From: Phoronis australis
Lineage: Eukaryota > Animalia > Phoronida
Reading direction: 5' to 3'
Assembly (NCBI GenBank): GCA_002633005.1
Contig: NMRA01000024.1
Span: 124,001 to 188,000 of the forward strand
Length of the DNA: 64,000 bases
Shown: positions 40,173 to 52,900 of the stretch, piece by piece
Position numbering within the stretch: the stretch's first letter is position 1
How the letters are laid out: each line of letters opens with the position of its first letter
Notes under the pieces: generated by a model
What the model saw: the letters and a program-made list of their open reading frames with translations, nothing else
Told to the model about the DNA's origin: nothing
Database searches by the model: none
Translations under genes and position numbers: made by a program

Positions 40173-41568
40173 AGGATGAGCAAAACTACAACCATGTCCA
40201 AACGTTCAGTCTACGCCATTTTATGAGGACGATGAATGTTTTAAGGATAAAATGGGACTAGCTTAATTGTAACAGAAATTCCTTTTCTTCGAGCTAAAAT
40301 AAAAGTTACCTGGGAGATAGTTGTTCGTTGGATTTTCTATTTTACTCAGACATACATGGGTCAACGTACCTTTGGGGGCAGATAGGGATGGGGCACAGAG
40401 GGAGGGAAGGAAAGAGGAAGGATGCTACAGATGGAGGGAAGGAGAGAAGAAATGTGCTACAGAGGAAAGGAAAGTTTTGGAGGCAGGGAGGGAAAATGAC
40501 TTGTTTGAGACATCGTCATAAAACTCAGTGGTGTCACAACTTGTTCGTTACTCAGATTAGAAGTGATTTCCGACAGTTAGTTAATAACTTGATTTTAACC
40601 GGCTTATTAGTTTATGCAGCGAAACCAAATTCTATTTGGCTCATAAAGTGATCGAGTTGTAGAGTCGAGCCATTTTTTGAGCCTGGTTTCAAGTAGCGTG
40701 ATCTGCCAATTCTTCATGAAGCCCAGAAATCACGTCTAATTTTGACTAAAGAATACGTTGGGACCATTCTTTTGTAATAATTAAAGCGGCTTTATACCGC
40801 TTCTCCAGTGTGGTGTAAGTAAATTGCCTTGCCTCGTTCCTTGCTCAGTTTGGAAAGAGTCCTCTGAGCTAGTCGGGAAGAACTGACAGTTCCTTATTCC
40901 ACCAGAACAAACTAACGAAATTTAAGCCCGACGGTGTTCCTTATATTCCTCAGATGGGAGCGGAGATTTCAGGGCTTACAAGTTTACAAAGAACTGAAAG
41001 TTTTGTTGATGGAGTTTCACAATAATTAGGATATGGCTAGTATGTTTGCATTTGAAGCAGCAAGACGAGGGCTTCTGCGCGTGTGCTGCACATGGGTAGG
41101 TAAACTTAGAATGAGGGTGGTGTTGCACAATTTCAGGACGGGCCTATTGCTACCTCATCATGTAGTGGCTATCTTCCTCGTACTTTTTACATGTACCATT
41201 GGTAAATGTATACTCCCAGGTCACGACTTAACTTTCAACCAAATGTAATTTAAAGGAAGTTTCATACGTGAAAGACAAACATCTGTAGACCATCGAGACA
41301 GCTGAGGAAGAATTCGTTCTATACATAGAAGTTTGGACATGTTGGCTGACATTATTACCTGTCAGTTTGACAGGCGATGTGCATTAAAATGGGGTGGGAA
41401 CGTCCCATTTATTTCACTCATTTATCACAGTGCTATTAACGAATCCTTCAGGAACGAAATTTGCACTGACCAGTCGTTTAATGACATAATGAAACTTTTG
41501 AGATGCTTTTTCGGTACTGATATAGGACAAAAAATTTGACTTCATTGACCTTGATTTGCATGCATAAT

Positions 41569-41824
41569 CATGCGCGGGCCCAGGGGACTCGGGGGATCGA
41601 AGGAGCCCCCCACTTGGCGAATTGGGCAAAAAGGTTCGCCTCAGACAAAGGAAAAGTCCGAGAAAACGAGACAAAAGTCCTCAGGACACGAATGCAGAAT
41701 TCGTAGGTCTTAACCTGGTACCCCGTTTTTTTGTTTTTTTAGTCCTCGTTTTCCTTTTTTCAGTAAAAGGTCCACATACCGAAAAATTCGAGCCCCCTTA
41801 CATTTTAGGCTGGGTGCGCTTGTG
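41569..41824. mobile_element. hAT-like MITE with ATAAT TSD, inserted in an older repeat
   Basis: ataat on both sides; imperfect TIRs ending in CCCAG; an uninterrupted copy of the host repeat lies at 42801-42872. Confidence 0.7.
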
Positions 41825-41937
41825 ATAATTAGCCCAATTAAATTTTGACACTTACGAGCTCTATTCCATAAACTTATCAATACACCGTATTAAAAGTAAT
41901 CCAGCCAATCTATGAAAAATTAGAGTCGTGTGTACGA

Positions 41938-42530
41938 GTGGTTAATACTCACAGAAGAAGCTTCTTTAAATGCGCAACAGGAGTGAGGAAAGAGTGTGTA
42001 CTAAGTCCTTTCTTGTTCACAATATTTTTAAATGAACTAAACGCCCGAAGGAATGCAATTGTCAAGGTATTTCTATTGACAGTGACTCTCCTGACGTATT
42101 ATGTTTATTGTATGCTGAAAACATGGCAAATATTGCTTACACACCAAGATAGTTAAAAAAACAAATAATGATTATAGAACAATTCTTTAAACAATTTGGG
42201 ATAGAGGTCAATGTTGATAAAACAAAGATTATGGTTTTCCGGAATGGTGGTCCTCTGAAAAATATTGTGGTCATATAATTTACAATCAATGAACACAGTG
42301 TCGTATTCTAAGTATTTAGGTTCTAGTTTCTCCTTCCGAGCATGCTGGAGTAAAAATTCCGACGAAGTTGATGCACAATCTAGGAAGACTATGTTTTCTT
42401 TATTAAGATTTGACAGATCTATCAATGGCTTAAACTGCAAAACTGCCTCTAAAATATTTGATAAAACAATAGCATGCCATATTATACTACGGCTCAGAAG
42501 TGTGGGGCTATGAGCCCTATAAGTTAATTT
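41938..42530 (+). mobile_element. Decayed LINE reverse transcriptase fragment (frameshifted)
   Basis: TGVRKECVLSPFLFTIFLNEL (GVRQG..LSP), LLYAEN (YADD), VNVDKTKIMVFRNGG, KYLG and YGSEVWG are spread over several frames. Confidence 0.85.
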
Positions 42531-43277
42531 CTGGATTTAAACATTGCTCATATTCTACATTCCGTGGGCTAATGCAAGACGTCTCACAAATTCTCAGCCT
42601 GTCTAAATACCTGCAGCTCGCCTGGCGAACCAGAAAAATATATTATGAGTATAGATGACGAACTACATAATTTCAGTTTTGCAAGCGTTTTTGTACTTTT
42701 ATGTATCTTGTACTGTGGGCCGGAGGCTTTCAAGTTTAATAAAGTTTGTTCTTATTACATAATGAACATTTCGAGGTGCTCTTTCGATCCTAATATGGGG
42801 CAAAAATTTGACCTCATTAGCCCTGATTTGCATGCATAATTAGCCTAATTAATTTTTAACACTTACGAGCTCATTCAAGGTCAGGGCAAAGTTACAATTT
42901 CCAAAAAACACTATCTTAAGACAAAACGTACATAATATTTAGATCACAGGCAATTTATGAACGTTTCATAATAAATCGCCATACTTGGTCCGAATGACTA
43001 TTTTGAGTTGCTTCTTTAAACTTGATAAAAGGCAAAATTTGACCTCATTAACTCTAATTTGCATGCATAATTAGCTCATGTATTTGTTAATCCTAATTAG
43101 CATAATTTACTTGGGTGCATCTCTCAAACCATTGTATAAGAAGACTTGTGGCTCGATTCTTACCAGTATTTTAACCTTGTTAACCCAGTTCACTTTTGAT
43201 ACACAGGACATTTTAGGTCAAAATCACATAAAGGTTTCCAGATAAGTGCTATTTTAACCCAAAAAAATACCACAACG

Positions 43278-43385
43278 GGACACACAGAACCCGGTACATA
43301 TAGAACCCCGTCCGATGCACAGAAAACTGGACACATAGAACCCGGGACGCATATAACCCGAGATACATTGAACTCAGGACACATC
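43278..43385. repeat. Degenerate ~16-bp tandem repeat (GGACACATAGAACCCG)
   Basis: About 6 imperfect units visible. Confidence 0.7.
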
Positions 43386-43599
43386 GTGATGACCCCAAAA
43401 ATGAAGACAAAACTTAAGTCCAACTCTTCCTTGAAACGCACTTGAGACAGTTTTATCTTTAAATTGACTGAAACAAAGACTGGAGAAGAATATGCACTGC
43501 GAGATATTTCGGATTTATCAGAAGATGTATAATTAAAATGATGAATTAGGGACGCTGACATGTCGTTGAGTTTGGCAGGGTAAGTGATTTTAGATTGAA

Positions 43600-44210
43600 A
43601 GTGAAGGCTAGACGTTATGTCTTGAAATCTTGAAACTTGAGGTTGTAGTTAACTTTTAAAAGATCAATGTTGAGATCACCTGCAACAATGAATTCTTTGT
43701 TATCTGTGCTTGATTTTACAAGGACATAATTATGTAAACTCACGTAAAAATTATTACATATATCTGTTTGCAGTTGCAGGTGGCTTGTAAGTGTTGGCAA
43801 TACGTTTGTTGTGCATCTTGACATGAGAGAGTAAGCATTCATACGTTTTAGAATTGCATGAAATATCTTTTGAGATATACGTAACTAGTCCACCATGAGT
43901 GCTTTAAAGTGTATGTCATACTGTAGTTGTCTAGATTGAATAGTGAGTTATTGTCATTTATTGATAACCATGATTCAGATGACATCGAAAAACAATTCAT
44001 TGTTTGTAGATCATCAAGAATGACTCTACAAAATCAAATTTTGCGTTGAACGACTAAATATTGACACTCAGTAATTTGAGTTCATATTTAAGTAGTTGGA
44101 AAAAAGTTTCAAGCTTCCGTGTCATAATAGTTAGATTTACTGATTTGAAACGTTTTTTCGTTGTTTTCAATATTAAGAGTATCGATTAAATTGTTGTTAC
44201 TGTCTCTCCC
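43600..44210 (-). pseudogene. Decayed LINE apurinic-like endonuclease fragment (CR1/L2-like ORF2 N-terminus)
   Basis: SKSNYYD.., SESWL and IVAGDLNIDLLK motifs, with stops and frameshifts. Confidence 0.7.
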
Positions 44211-45049
44211 ATAATGTCTGAGCTCTTTCTCGGGACGAAGGGTCAGGTTTACAAGAATTGTTATGCTGGCCATATAGCGTGTACGTATCCAGTCGACGTT
44301 GGTTGAGCCAGTCATGACATAATTAAAAAGGTAGGAAATATGAATAGTCCTTAAATGCAAATAATAACGAAGAACAACAAGAGCACTAACAAAAAAACCC
44401 TGTCGTATCTTCATTAGTTTATTAGTTAATTTCTCCGATTTGCCTGTAACCCGATTTTAGATTCAAAGATTAAAGTACGCATGCGCAACGTAGAGTGTGC
44501 GTTTTCCGGTACCGAAATGTGCTCGTTTTATTCTTAAGTGTTCTGTGTGCTTTAACGCTGCTAAACAACGCAATATATAACAAAACCAAGTAAATAACAG
44601 TTATAAATCTAAACGGAACACATGTGCAATAAATCAGATACACAGACAACGATTGTCATAAGAACATCGAAACCATCAGCGACTCGAGAAAACTTTTCTG
44701 CACCATTTATTTAGAATTGGCAATCCTAAAACCACATACTGACAATCCAGAACGAACTTTTAAACCATAAAATTGCAAGGTATAAAAATTGTCGCCAATT
44801 TCGAGGTCTAACGGCGCCTCACAAACCAGTTATAGGGTCTGTGCGCCACGGGATAATAACTGAGCAAGCCAAAATCTGTTTTGTATGCCGAGACAAGCGA
44901 CCAGTGGTTATTATGCCGTAGCAGCCCCTGTTGGAGGTACGACAGATATAAAACATCATGGGATTCACACAAGGTCATTTCGCTGTTTAAATAACCCTGC
45001 GCTTGTCGCCATGCCTATGTTGTGGGACATGAAACATCGCATTATTCCC

Positions 45050-45202
45050 AAACACATCGATAAAGTTACTAAATCTATAGATAGACATAGTAGGCCTAAG
45101 TCTATCAATAGAGTTAATAAGTTTATCGATAGAGTTAGTAAGTCTGTCGATAGAGTTAACAAGTCTATCGATAGAGACAGTAAGTCTATCGATAGAGTTA
45201 GC
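45050..45202. repeat. 21-bp minisatellite, about 7 units (AAGTCTATCGATAGAGTTAAC)
   Basis: Directly visible; it produces the KSIDRVN repeat in ORF 44885-45283. Confidence 0.9.
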
Positions 45203-46687
45203 AACGGAGAAAAAAGTTGCCGTGCTGTCCTTTTACAGCCATCGCACAAATTCGATAATGGCACATGCCCGCATCGCGCGTGACTTTAGTTGTCTGATCA
45301 TTCGGCAACAATATTCATTTCGGATGAGCGTAAAAATGCTTTTGTACCCCCCAAAAGCTTCAGTTTAGAAGTCAACAATGACTGTGTTACACGTTTATGT
45401 AGGACCTCATCGAAACTTTTCGCCTGCAGCCAAATATAAGACAAATAGGTGCAAAACTATGTATTTTTTGAATTTAGAAAGCCAATAAAATGTTATAATT
45501 CTAATCTGTCATCGAATGCGTCACGTGACTATAATTCTTCAGCGACATCAATTACATGACTAAATTTCGTTTGATATAAATATTCAAGCTCAAAAGTTGC
45601 AATTTCTGTTTTCTATATTATTGTTTCCTTTTTGTTTTATACAAATTTTTGTTGTAGAACCTTTTGAAAAAGTGAACCATTTCATTTACGATTCATCAAT
45701 GTTTTGTAGAATAGCACAAAAGTACCCGAAAGTTCTGTTTGAATACGATTAGCCTTTTCTCAGTTATGATGTTTCGTATTTGTCAAATTTGGACATTTTT
45801 CTATGGCTCTACATAACGTTAATGTACAAAGTGAAAGACAATCATTTTTCATAACGTTTTGACTACATCGTTTTCTTCAGCAGTATCTGATGTGAATTAA
45901 GCTAACAATAAAATATAAAAATATGTAAAAAGCCACCAATGAAACTTTCACCGACTTTCAAAATTTCTAGGCCCGATTTTGGCGAACAAGACGACTTAAA
46001 TTCCAATTTAACCGAAATTTTGTTCATGACCTTTGATTCACATTCGTAGATAACAAAACGCGGAAAAATTTATTGGGGTACAACGAAAACGTTGATCTGC
46101 AAGTATTGTTAGAGAATAGAAGGGAACAAGGCTTCTTGAATTTTCGTACCCGGATGAGAGATAGTGATTCATTGCGGTATATAACATACGAACATTTGGT
46201 TTAATTTGAATTTTAATCGCCCTTTCCGCAAAACTCGAAACCTTGGTCTAGTTAGAAAAATCTGTGTGTATTATCCTTTCAGCTCATTTCTCAATCGCAC
46301 AACGTGCTTAAACACTTGCCTGTTCAGCTTGGTGTACCAGAGTGTACAAGATGTTGTTTCGGTACCTGAACGTTGGATTGCACTTAAAGCAAATCAGTTT
46401 TAAAATATTTAAAGTAGACATGAATCCGGACAGTTTCGGTATTTGAGCATTGGCTTTCACTTAAACCAAATCAGTTAATGTTAGATGAAGTTGTTAATAA
46501 AAACATCTCCACACCAGCACAGTGTCGAGTTTCTCTGTTTAAAGTGGGTATGAATCAAGGCTATGTCCACGACAGAGGCGATTTTTTGATTTAAGCCTCT
46601 ACTCGTAATATCAGTCTCAAGTTGTATCTTATTCAGATGAGGGTGATGTCCGGTTTGCAAAGAACTGACAGTTCGTTATCGGTGCAT

Positions 46688-48213
46688 ATAGACCTAATTC
46701 ACATAGCGGACATTAAAATCCAAAGCGAGGCTCACTGCGATAAACAAAGCGGAAGATGACAATGTGTGAGTTAAATGGCCGGTCTTTCGAGTCCAAGCTG
46801 GATATTAAATCTTTAAAATGTGTCGATAATTAACTACAGTGACTTAAAAAATACATTAGAGAACAAGTCAATGCACCAAAGAGTTGTCTGACGAAAGGGT
46901 ATAAGTTTTTTCGGAAAACAAGTTTAGAAACATGAAAAGGAAATATGACCAAACTGCGGCGATCGCAGTGTTACGGATTAGGTATCATGTTGAATGCAAG
47001 GTTACATTTCTTCTTGTAAATTGTAGATAAAAATGCTTTCTACGCGAATCAGGTCATCTGCTCGTGTTGTTGACGAGATGAAGATACATTCGACAGTGGT
47101 GGCTCATCTCATTTTGCTGCCATGTGCAATTAGTCACAAGTGGATGAATTTGTTGATAAAGAATATTATCACTGTGCATAGCCTTGGTCCTGTTGAGGTA
47201 GGGACTACTGGGACTAACAGTTGATTTGCCATTGGTCTGAATAATTGATGTTATTAAATATATTTTTTATCAAGATAAAAAACCAGGCTGCTAATTGAAA
47301 ATAAAAATTTTTTGACCATCAATTCTACTTTCTTGGTTTTAATAATTCTTACATCTATTTCATGTGTTGGGATTCAAATATCTTCTGGACAAAGTTGAAT
47401 TTTAAAATTAAAACACTTAATTCGTTCGTCCAAAGCATAACCTGGTTTTAGAGCTCAGTTTCAGTTAACTGGACAGAGCAAGCATAGTGATCATATTTCT
47501 TCATGGGCCTCGCTCATCCGAGGGAAAGGTGTCTGTGCATTCTGAGAGAGGAATTTTTTCGCCGAGCGAAGGGAAAATCTGACTACCTCCCGATCACCTT
47601 CGCACCCCCGCCCTCTTGGAAGCTCTCCCTAGGGTCTGTCTCAAGTAGCATTTTGTGTTCTTTAAAATTGTTACCTGTGTGGTTACAGATGACTAGAACT
47701 CCGGAGAGAAATTTTCAATCACTAGGGGAATTTTTGGGCCGTGGGGGAATTTCCGAATTTCGCGTGATTTTTCAAATATTTTTGAGAGGGGAATAGGGCC
47801 GATATTCGGCCACAAAATCGAGAGATTGAGGGCCCAGTTCGGCTTTATCGGAAAGAAAAATGCATCATGTTTCAAGTCGTAGTCATGAAAACACAGCCTG
47901 GCTGCGACCCAAAATTCTCCGGTCGTTGCTGTGATGCTCGCCAACCGAGAATGCGACAATTAAAATATGATCTAACTTTTCGAAAACATTTATAAATTTT
48001 ACATGGCCAAATTTTCCATCGTCGCGGCGTATGGCAACGACCCAACGCTTCCGAATCTTAACCTCCTTAGGGATTGTAAAATTGACAGTTGAGAGTGCGT
48101 ATTTTGTTCAGCCGTTCCAGGTACGCGGAATACAACTATGCGATAAGCCAACAGAGGTATTGTAGTGAGCCTCGTTTTGGAACGCCCCTCCTGTCGGCGT
48201 GAATTAGGTCTAT
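46688..48213. mobile_element. Unclassified non-autonomous element bounded by a 15-bp perfect inverted repeat
   Basis: ATAGACCTAATTCAC (46688-46702) / GTGAATTAGGTCTAT (48199-48213). Confidence 0.5.
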
Positions 48214-48416
48214 GAACGACATTTCCCTACAAGCCAGTGCCGCCTGGTCTAAAGCAACAACGAAATGTCAAGAGCTTTTCAAACGCTTAACAATAATCTC
48301 ATTCATTTCAATTGACTAATTAAGAGCGATTTGAGATCAATTTCATAACGGCAAGTGGTCTAAGTAAAAAGTTGATTTTGGTGATGGACGGCCGCGGGTT
48401 TCAGATGGCGATTTAA

Positions 48417-49634
48417 AGGCGAAGGCAACCTTTTTTCATGTCATTTTTAGCAAAAAAAAAAGGTTCGTTGATTATCCCAGACATATTTTTCACTTATTTC
48501 GCGCCAACTGAATTTCTTTTCATATAGTCCTACTGTGAGAGCAGTCGAGTCAGTCATTGTTCTACCTCGGTTGTGATAAGTTCGATCGTCGTGCGTACTG
48601 GGATGTACTCATTATCGTCTCACGTACAGAGGAAGAACTGTCCCACTTGCCTGAGTGTCCCGCGACACACTCCCACTGGAGGGTGATCTGAGCACTCAAA
48701 CTGCTTACATCCCGCCGTGTGACTCCCTCGCCACACATATGGCACCTCCTAAATAGCTTCAATACAAGTCCGCAATAAACTTATCAAACTTAGGCTCACC
48801 GATCTGTTCAATGGATGACGAACTGTCCTCTTCACTGGGTGTCGAACTGGGCCTGTATTCACTCCCACTACTCAACATCTCTGCAGGGCTGCTTACAGGC
48901 TCTGGGCTAGAGACAACAGCACAGGGCGAATCACTGCTAGTTCCCGGAAGTGCACGCAATGGGCAAGGGTGACAGTAGAGGAAGTGCCTCCAGTCACTGT
49001 ATACAGTGGCCACAGCTCGATCGCGAGGCTTTTCGCTTCAAAAACGCACTTCTCGAGGTTGGCGACGGGGCAGTGCCGGGAATCAACAGCGACGGTATGG
49101 TACCCTTCTTCAGGCGTTGTTTCGCAGGGACGTTCATCAATTCAACGTACATATCTCTGTCGTAATCTGAAGGCATAAAATGGTTGCCACACACTCGGTA
49201 ACCATCACTGCTTTGTACGTTGCCTGGACGGGTAGCGCTGCGTTCTTCACATGAACGAGCTAGCCAAGTACGGCAAAGTGTGTCATCCTTCGGAAAGCGA
49301 CGCAAGGTACCCAAAGCGCGTGTGAGACGATAATGAGTACATACCGGCACATAGCAACAGCGTGGCATGTTGGCTGACTTGTAAACAAAAGCAAACGACG
49401 ACCGAAGTTATCACAACCGAGGTAGAATAATGACTGACTCGACAGCTCTCACAGTCAGACTATAATGAAACGAAATTGGCGCGAAACTCTTGCCTCCCAA
49501 AACGTAACTTCCGGAGTAGAGGACGATGAATTAATCAAATTACGAAAAGCTGTAATTAAGTGAAAAATGTGTCTGGGATAACCAACGAACCTTATTTTTT
49601 CTAAAAGTGACATGAAAAAAGGTTGCCTTTGCCT
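48417..49634 (-). mobile_element. Internally deleted Kolobok-like DNA transposon carrying a frameshifted THAP-transposase N-terminus
   Basis: TTAA on both sides (48413-48416, 49635-49638); termini AGGCGAAGGCAACC / GGTTGCCTTTGCCT; about 175-bp TIRs. Minus-strand THAP domain (CCYVPVC..RRFPKD..W..VCGNHF..LKKGTIPS, 48994-49368), then an S/acidic linker and LFRRCHMCG..WECVAGHSGKWDS in shifted frames. Confidence 0.85.
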
Positions 49635-51559
49635 TTAAGCTCTTCAAAACTATTTACAGTCGATATGCCCTACGTTTGAGTAATTCAACGGCTGTGGAGA
49701 AAGATGTCTGTTCACCTTGCGAAATGTAATATTCAGTTAGTTACACTATATCATTGCTTTGATTTGTTAACTAGAGGACGAATTCAGCAGTAGAAGGTCA
49801 CGAAACTAGCTTGAGAGTGGTACCACCAAAACACTTAAACTCGAGTGTATTGGAACCAGTTTTAAATGTTGAACTAAAGAAACAACGAATTGAATTTTAC
49901 GCGTGTTAATTCTGTTATAAAAATCATAGACGTATCGTCCAAAAAGACGCCATTTTAGCATATTGCATCTGTTGGATTATTGATACCAGCTTAAAATATC
50001 CGAGTAGGGTAAGGTATAAGCAATGTAAACTGAAGTCAACATGCTTTTCTCTCAGTTTACTGAATACGTTGCAAAATTGATCAGTGTCAGGTGTTCTTAC
50101 ATAAATTGAAGTAACGTACAACTGAGTGAAGTCGATATATTTTAATTTTCGTAGCTCATTGAATACACTGCGGCAATTGAGAAGAAAATGCTGTCGAGCC
50201 AGAGATACACCATTAATGCACACGCTAATCCTTTTTTACTTAAAAAGTTCACAGACGTAGCGTGCTTTGTCAAAACATGACCTGTTCTCCACGGTCTGGT
50301 TACTAGAAATGAAAGCGAAGCAGCCCGTGGATTCTGAAACAGAAAACGCGACACGGTAGGAGTCTGTGATAAAGTGTCATACAATAACAATTTAGGGTGT
50401 CGAAGTTCCGCAAGAATTGAAGCACAAATTAACTTCTAATCGCGTCATCAGCCATACACAAATCTAACAGATTAGCTATGGAAGATCCGAAACGAAAATG
50501 TGGACGTGTAAGGCAGCAACGCGAGAAATTTTAGGACGTATATACATGTAGGCCCTACCGTAAAAAGATGAATGGTGATGACGGCGATGGTGATAACACA
50601 GCGTATTTGATACAATGACAAAACACAAAAATAAAAAACATGAAAGGAAAGCACGAAATTTTTCATCTAACAAGTACTCTGTAGTAGACCACGGGAGGCT
50701 GTAAGTTGGTGCTGAAAGTTCTGCTGTATTCGGATAGTTGTATGAATAGCACCGCGTATTATCGTTGACTACAGTTAGTGTTGCACGATAGCGCAAATAA
50801 TTTCTACAACTTATAACGAGAGCAAAACATTGCGAGTGGTGAAAATAACAGATCAACACAGGGATCCAGAATTTTGAGTTGTAGGCGGGAGGGATGGGGG
50901 AGGGGAGTGTGGCAAGGCAGAGTATCAGAGATTATTTTGCCCGTCGGACATTCCCACCCCCGAACTGCCAAAATGGAATCTGTACGAATCTTAGAATCAT
51001 GCTATACACGGTAACTGAATCACTACCTCGCGATTCAGGCCTAAAGAGGCAAAGAAGCTGTAGATGTTGACGAAATAAGTTAATGAGGCAGCTCCTGTGA
51101 CGTGTAGAGCGCACATCTTCCTAATGTAGACCTACATCATACTTTTATATTTCCCAACTCTTTTTTGTATTTTTAACCGTGGACCTAGTACAACTCTATC
51201 TTATTCTTAATCACACTACAGAGATGACCTTTTATCACGTACTTGCTGTGCTATCTGGAGGCTAAGTGGTCCCACATCCTGGGCTCTCATCCTTTTTGTC
51301 ACATAGGAATGAGACGAACATGAGGTTATCTTAAGTAACGCTATGGAATGTAATGCCAACATACTGTGTTTATTTAACCTACGTTTGTCTTCACAGACTA
51401 CACTATTGCACTTTATTATATAAACCAGATAAAATTAGAGAATTTTGGTATGACGTAATGTCAAAACGCAATCAACCAACGTACATGAACATGAATACTT
51501 CTGAAGAAAAGTAGCAAAGATACCAATTACTCCTCTTGTTACTCACACAGTGCATAGGT

Positions 51560-52900
51560 CTAAGTCTTACCATCAAAAACGCTCCACACCTCGACATCGG
51601 TCCAATTAATGTCTTTATCGCAGTGGAGAGTACCTTCGTAGCCGCCGGATTTACCGCACATGCCATCAGATGGGAAATAGTTATTGGAGCTGTTATAGGA
51701 GACAGATCCAGAAAAAAATACCAGTTCATGACCCTGGCCAAATGTTGGACCATAGTTTTCATCATCGATCACAGAATTGCTGAATACCTTGACGTTGTAT
51801 CTTTCTGTTGCACACCGAGTTCTTGCGTTACACAGTTGAAACAAGAATGCGTTACTATCTCCGGTCCGAGGAGTTCCCCAGGAGACAGAAGCATAACCGC
51901 CGTAGATGGCTCCATCAAATGAATCTTTTCCAATAGAGATGGTTGGGCCCTTATTGTCACATTTGTTGTGAAATTGCACACTCGACATTCCGTCACGTGA
52001 TGCCCGGTACAGGAGCTTGAATTTTTTTCCCGAGAGCCAGTTTGTCAGGTGATTTACCTGGTATGTAGTCAGCAGACTTGAATCTAGAACACCCCCTGAG
52101 TCTAAAAATTAAACATACATTGTATCTTACAGTGAAGCTCAACGGTGCAATTGTCGACGCATTAAAGCGAATTTCATTTCAGGAATAGTTTTGCAGTGAA
52201 AGAGAAATCTGAGTATAGTTTATTCGCTGACAAAGTGATGCAATGTTAATGCAACACGTAATCTGTTTTGTAAGGTACTAATAAGTAGTTGAAACAAGCA
52301 CAAATGTTATAAAATAATTGATGAACATGTCTATTACAGACTGAGCGATTTATTTAAGTAAAATGCTGTACTAAAATACTGACATTTTTCGCAATAGACC
52401 TAAATACCTGTGCCAGTCTCCTCTCCAGCAGTCCATATGGTCACGTCATTTTTTATTGATTCCTCACCAATCAAAGATTTGAAGCGACGGGAGTCCATAG
52501 AGGTTATACGAGTATTTTCTTTCTGGCATTTTCTTTTCGCGCTTTCCCAATCCACTGATGCGCTGCTCAGTTTAAAGCATGAATGTTCACTGTAACGAAA
52601 TTCGCTTGGGCAATAGAGTTTACTCAGAATGAGTTCAAGGGAGGACAATAACTTCTCGTTTTGATGTACCCCGTTTTGAACTATTTTAGTTGAAATGACA
52701 TCACGTAATTCTTTAAATTTCGCTTGGATGGTGTTAAGAATTGTCGATTGAAAGTCCCGGTTTCTTATTTCTTCTTCTTTCAATAAGGTGATGACTGACT
52801 CCTCGAGAACAGATCTCTTCACTGCAGCCGTAGCCACCGGGAAAGACGCGATTTGATTATTCAGCACAACGACGACTACGAGAAAATAAGCGCTGAACAT
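51560..52900 (-). CDS. Predicted secreted protein: signal peptide + helical region + truncated C-type lectin domain + TLDc domain (344 aa)
   Basis: Exons 52900-52408 and 52101-51560, phase-1 GT-AG intron (ACAG|gtattt ... tttttag|ACTCA). N-terminus MFSAYFLVVVVVLNNQIAS-FP; CTLD start CPSEFRYSEHSCFKLSSASVDWESAKRKCQ..IWTAG; TLDc FKLLYRASRDG..FHNKCDNKGPT..YGGYASVSW..DSNAFLF..YGPTFG..VEVW. Minus-strand AATAAA at 51412-51417. Confidence 0.8.

Noticed and set aside
40375-40495. Purine-rich ORFs downstream of FABP
   Set aside because: Low-complexity GA-rich tract past the polyA signal; no coding evidence.
45050-45202. CRISPR-like array
   Set aside because: Units are contiguous with no unique spacers, there are no cas genes, and the context is eukaryotic.
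44885-45283. 132-aa ORF with KSIDRVN heptads (and the opposite-strand LSIDLL ORF)
   Set aside because: Explained by the 21-bp minisatellite; no domain or splice support.
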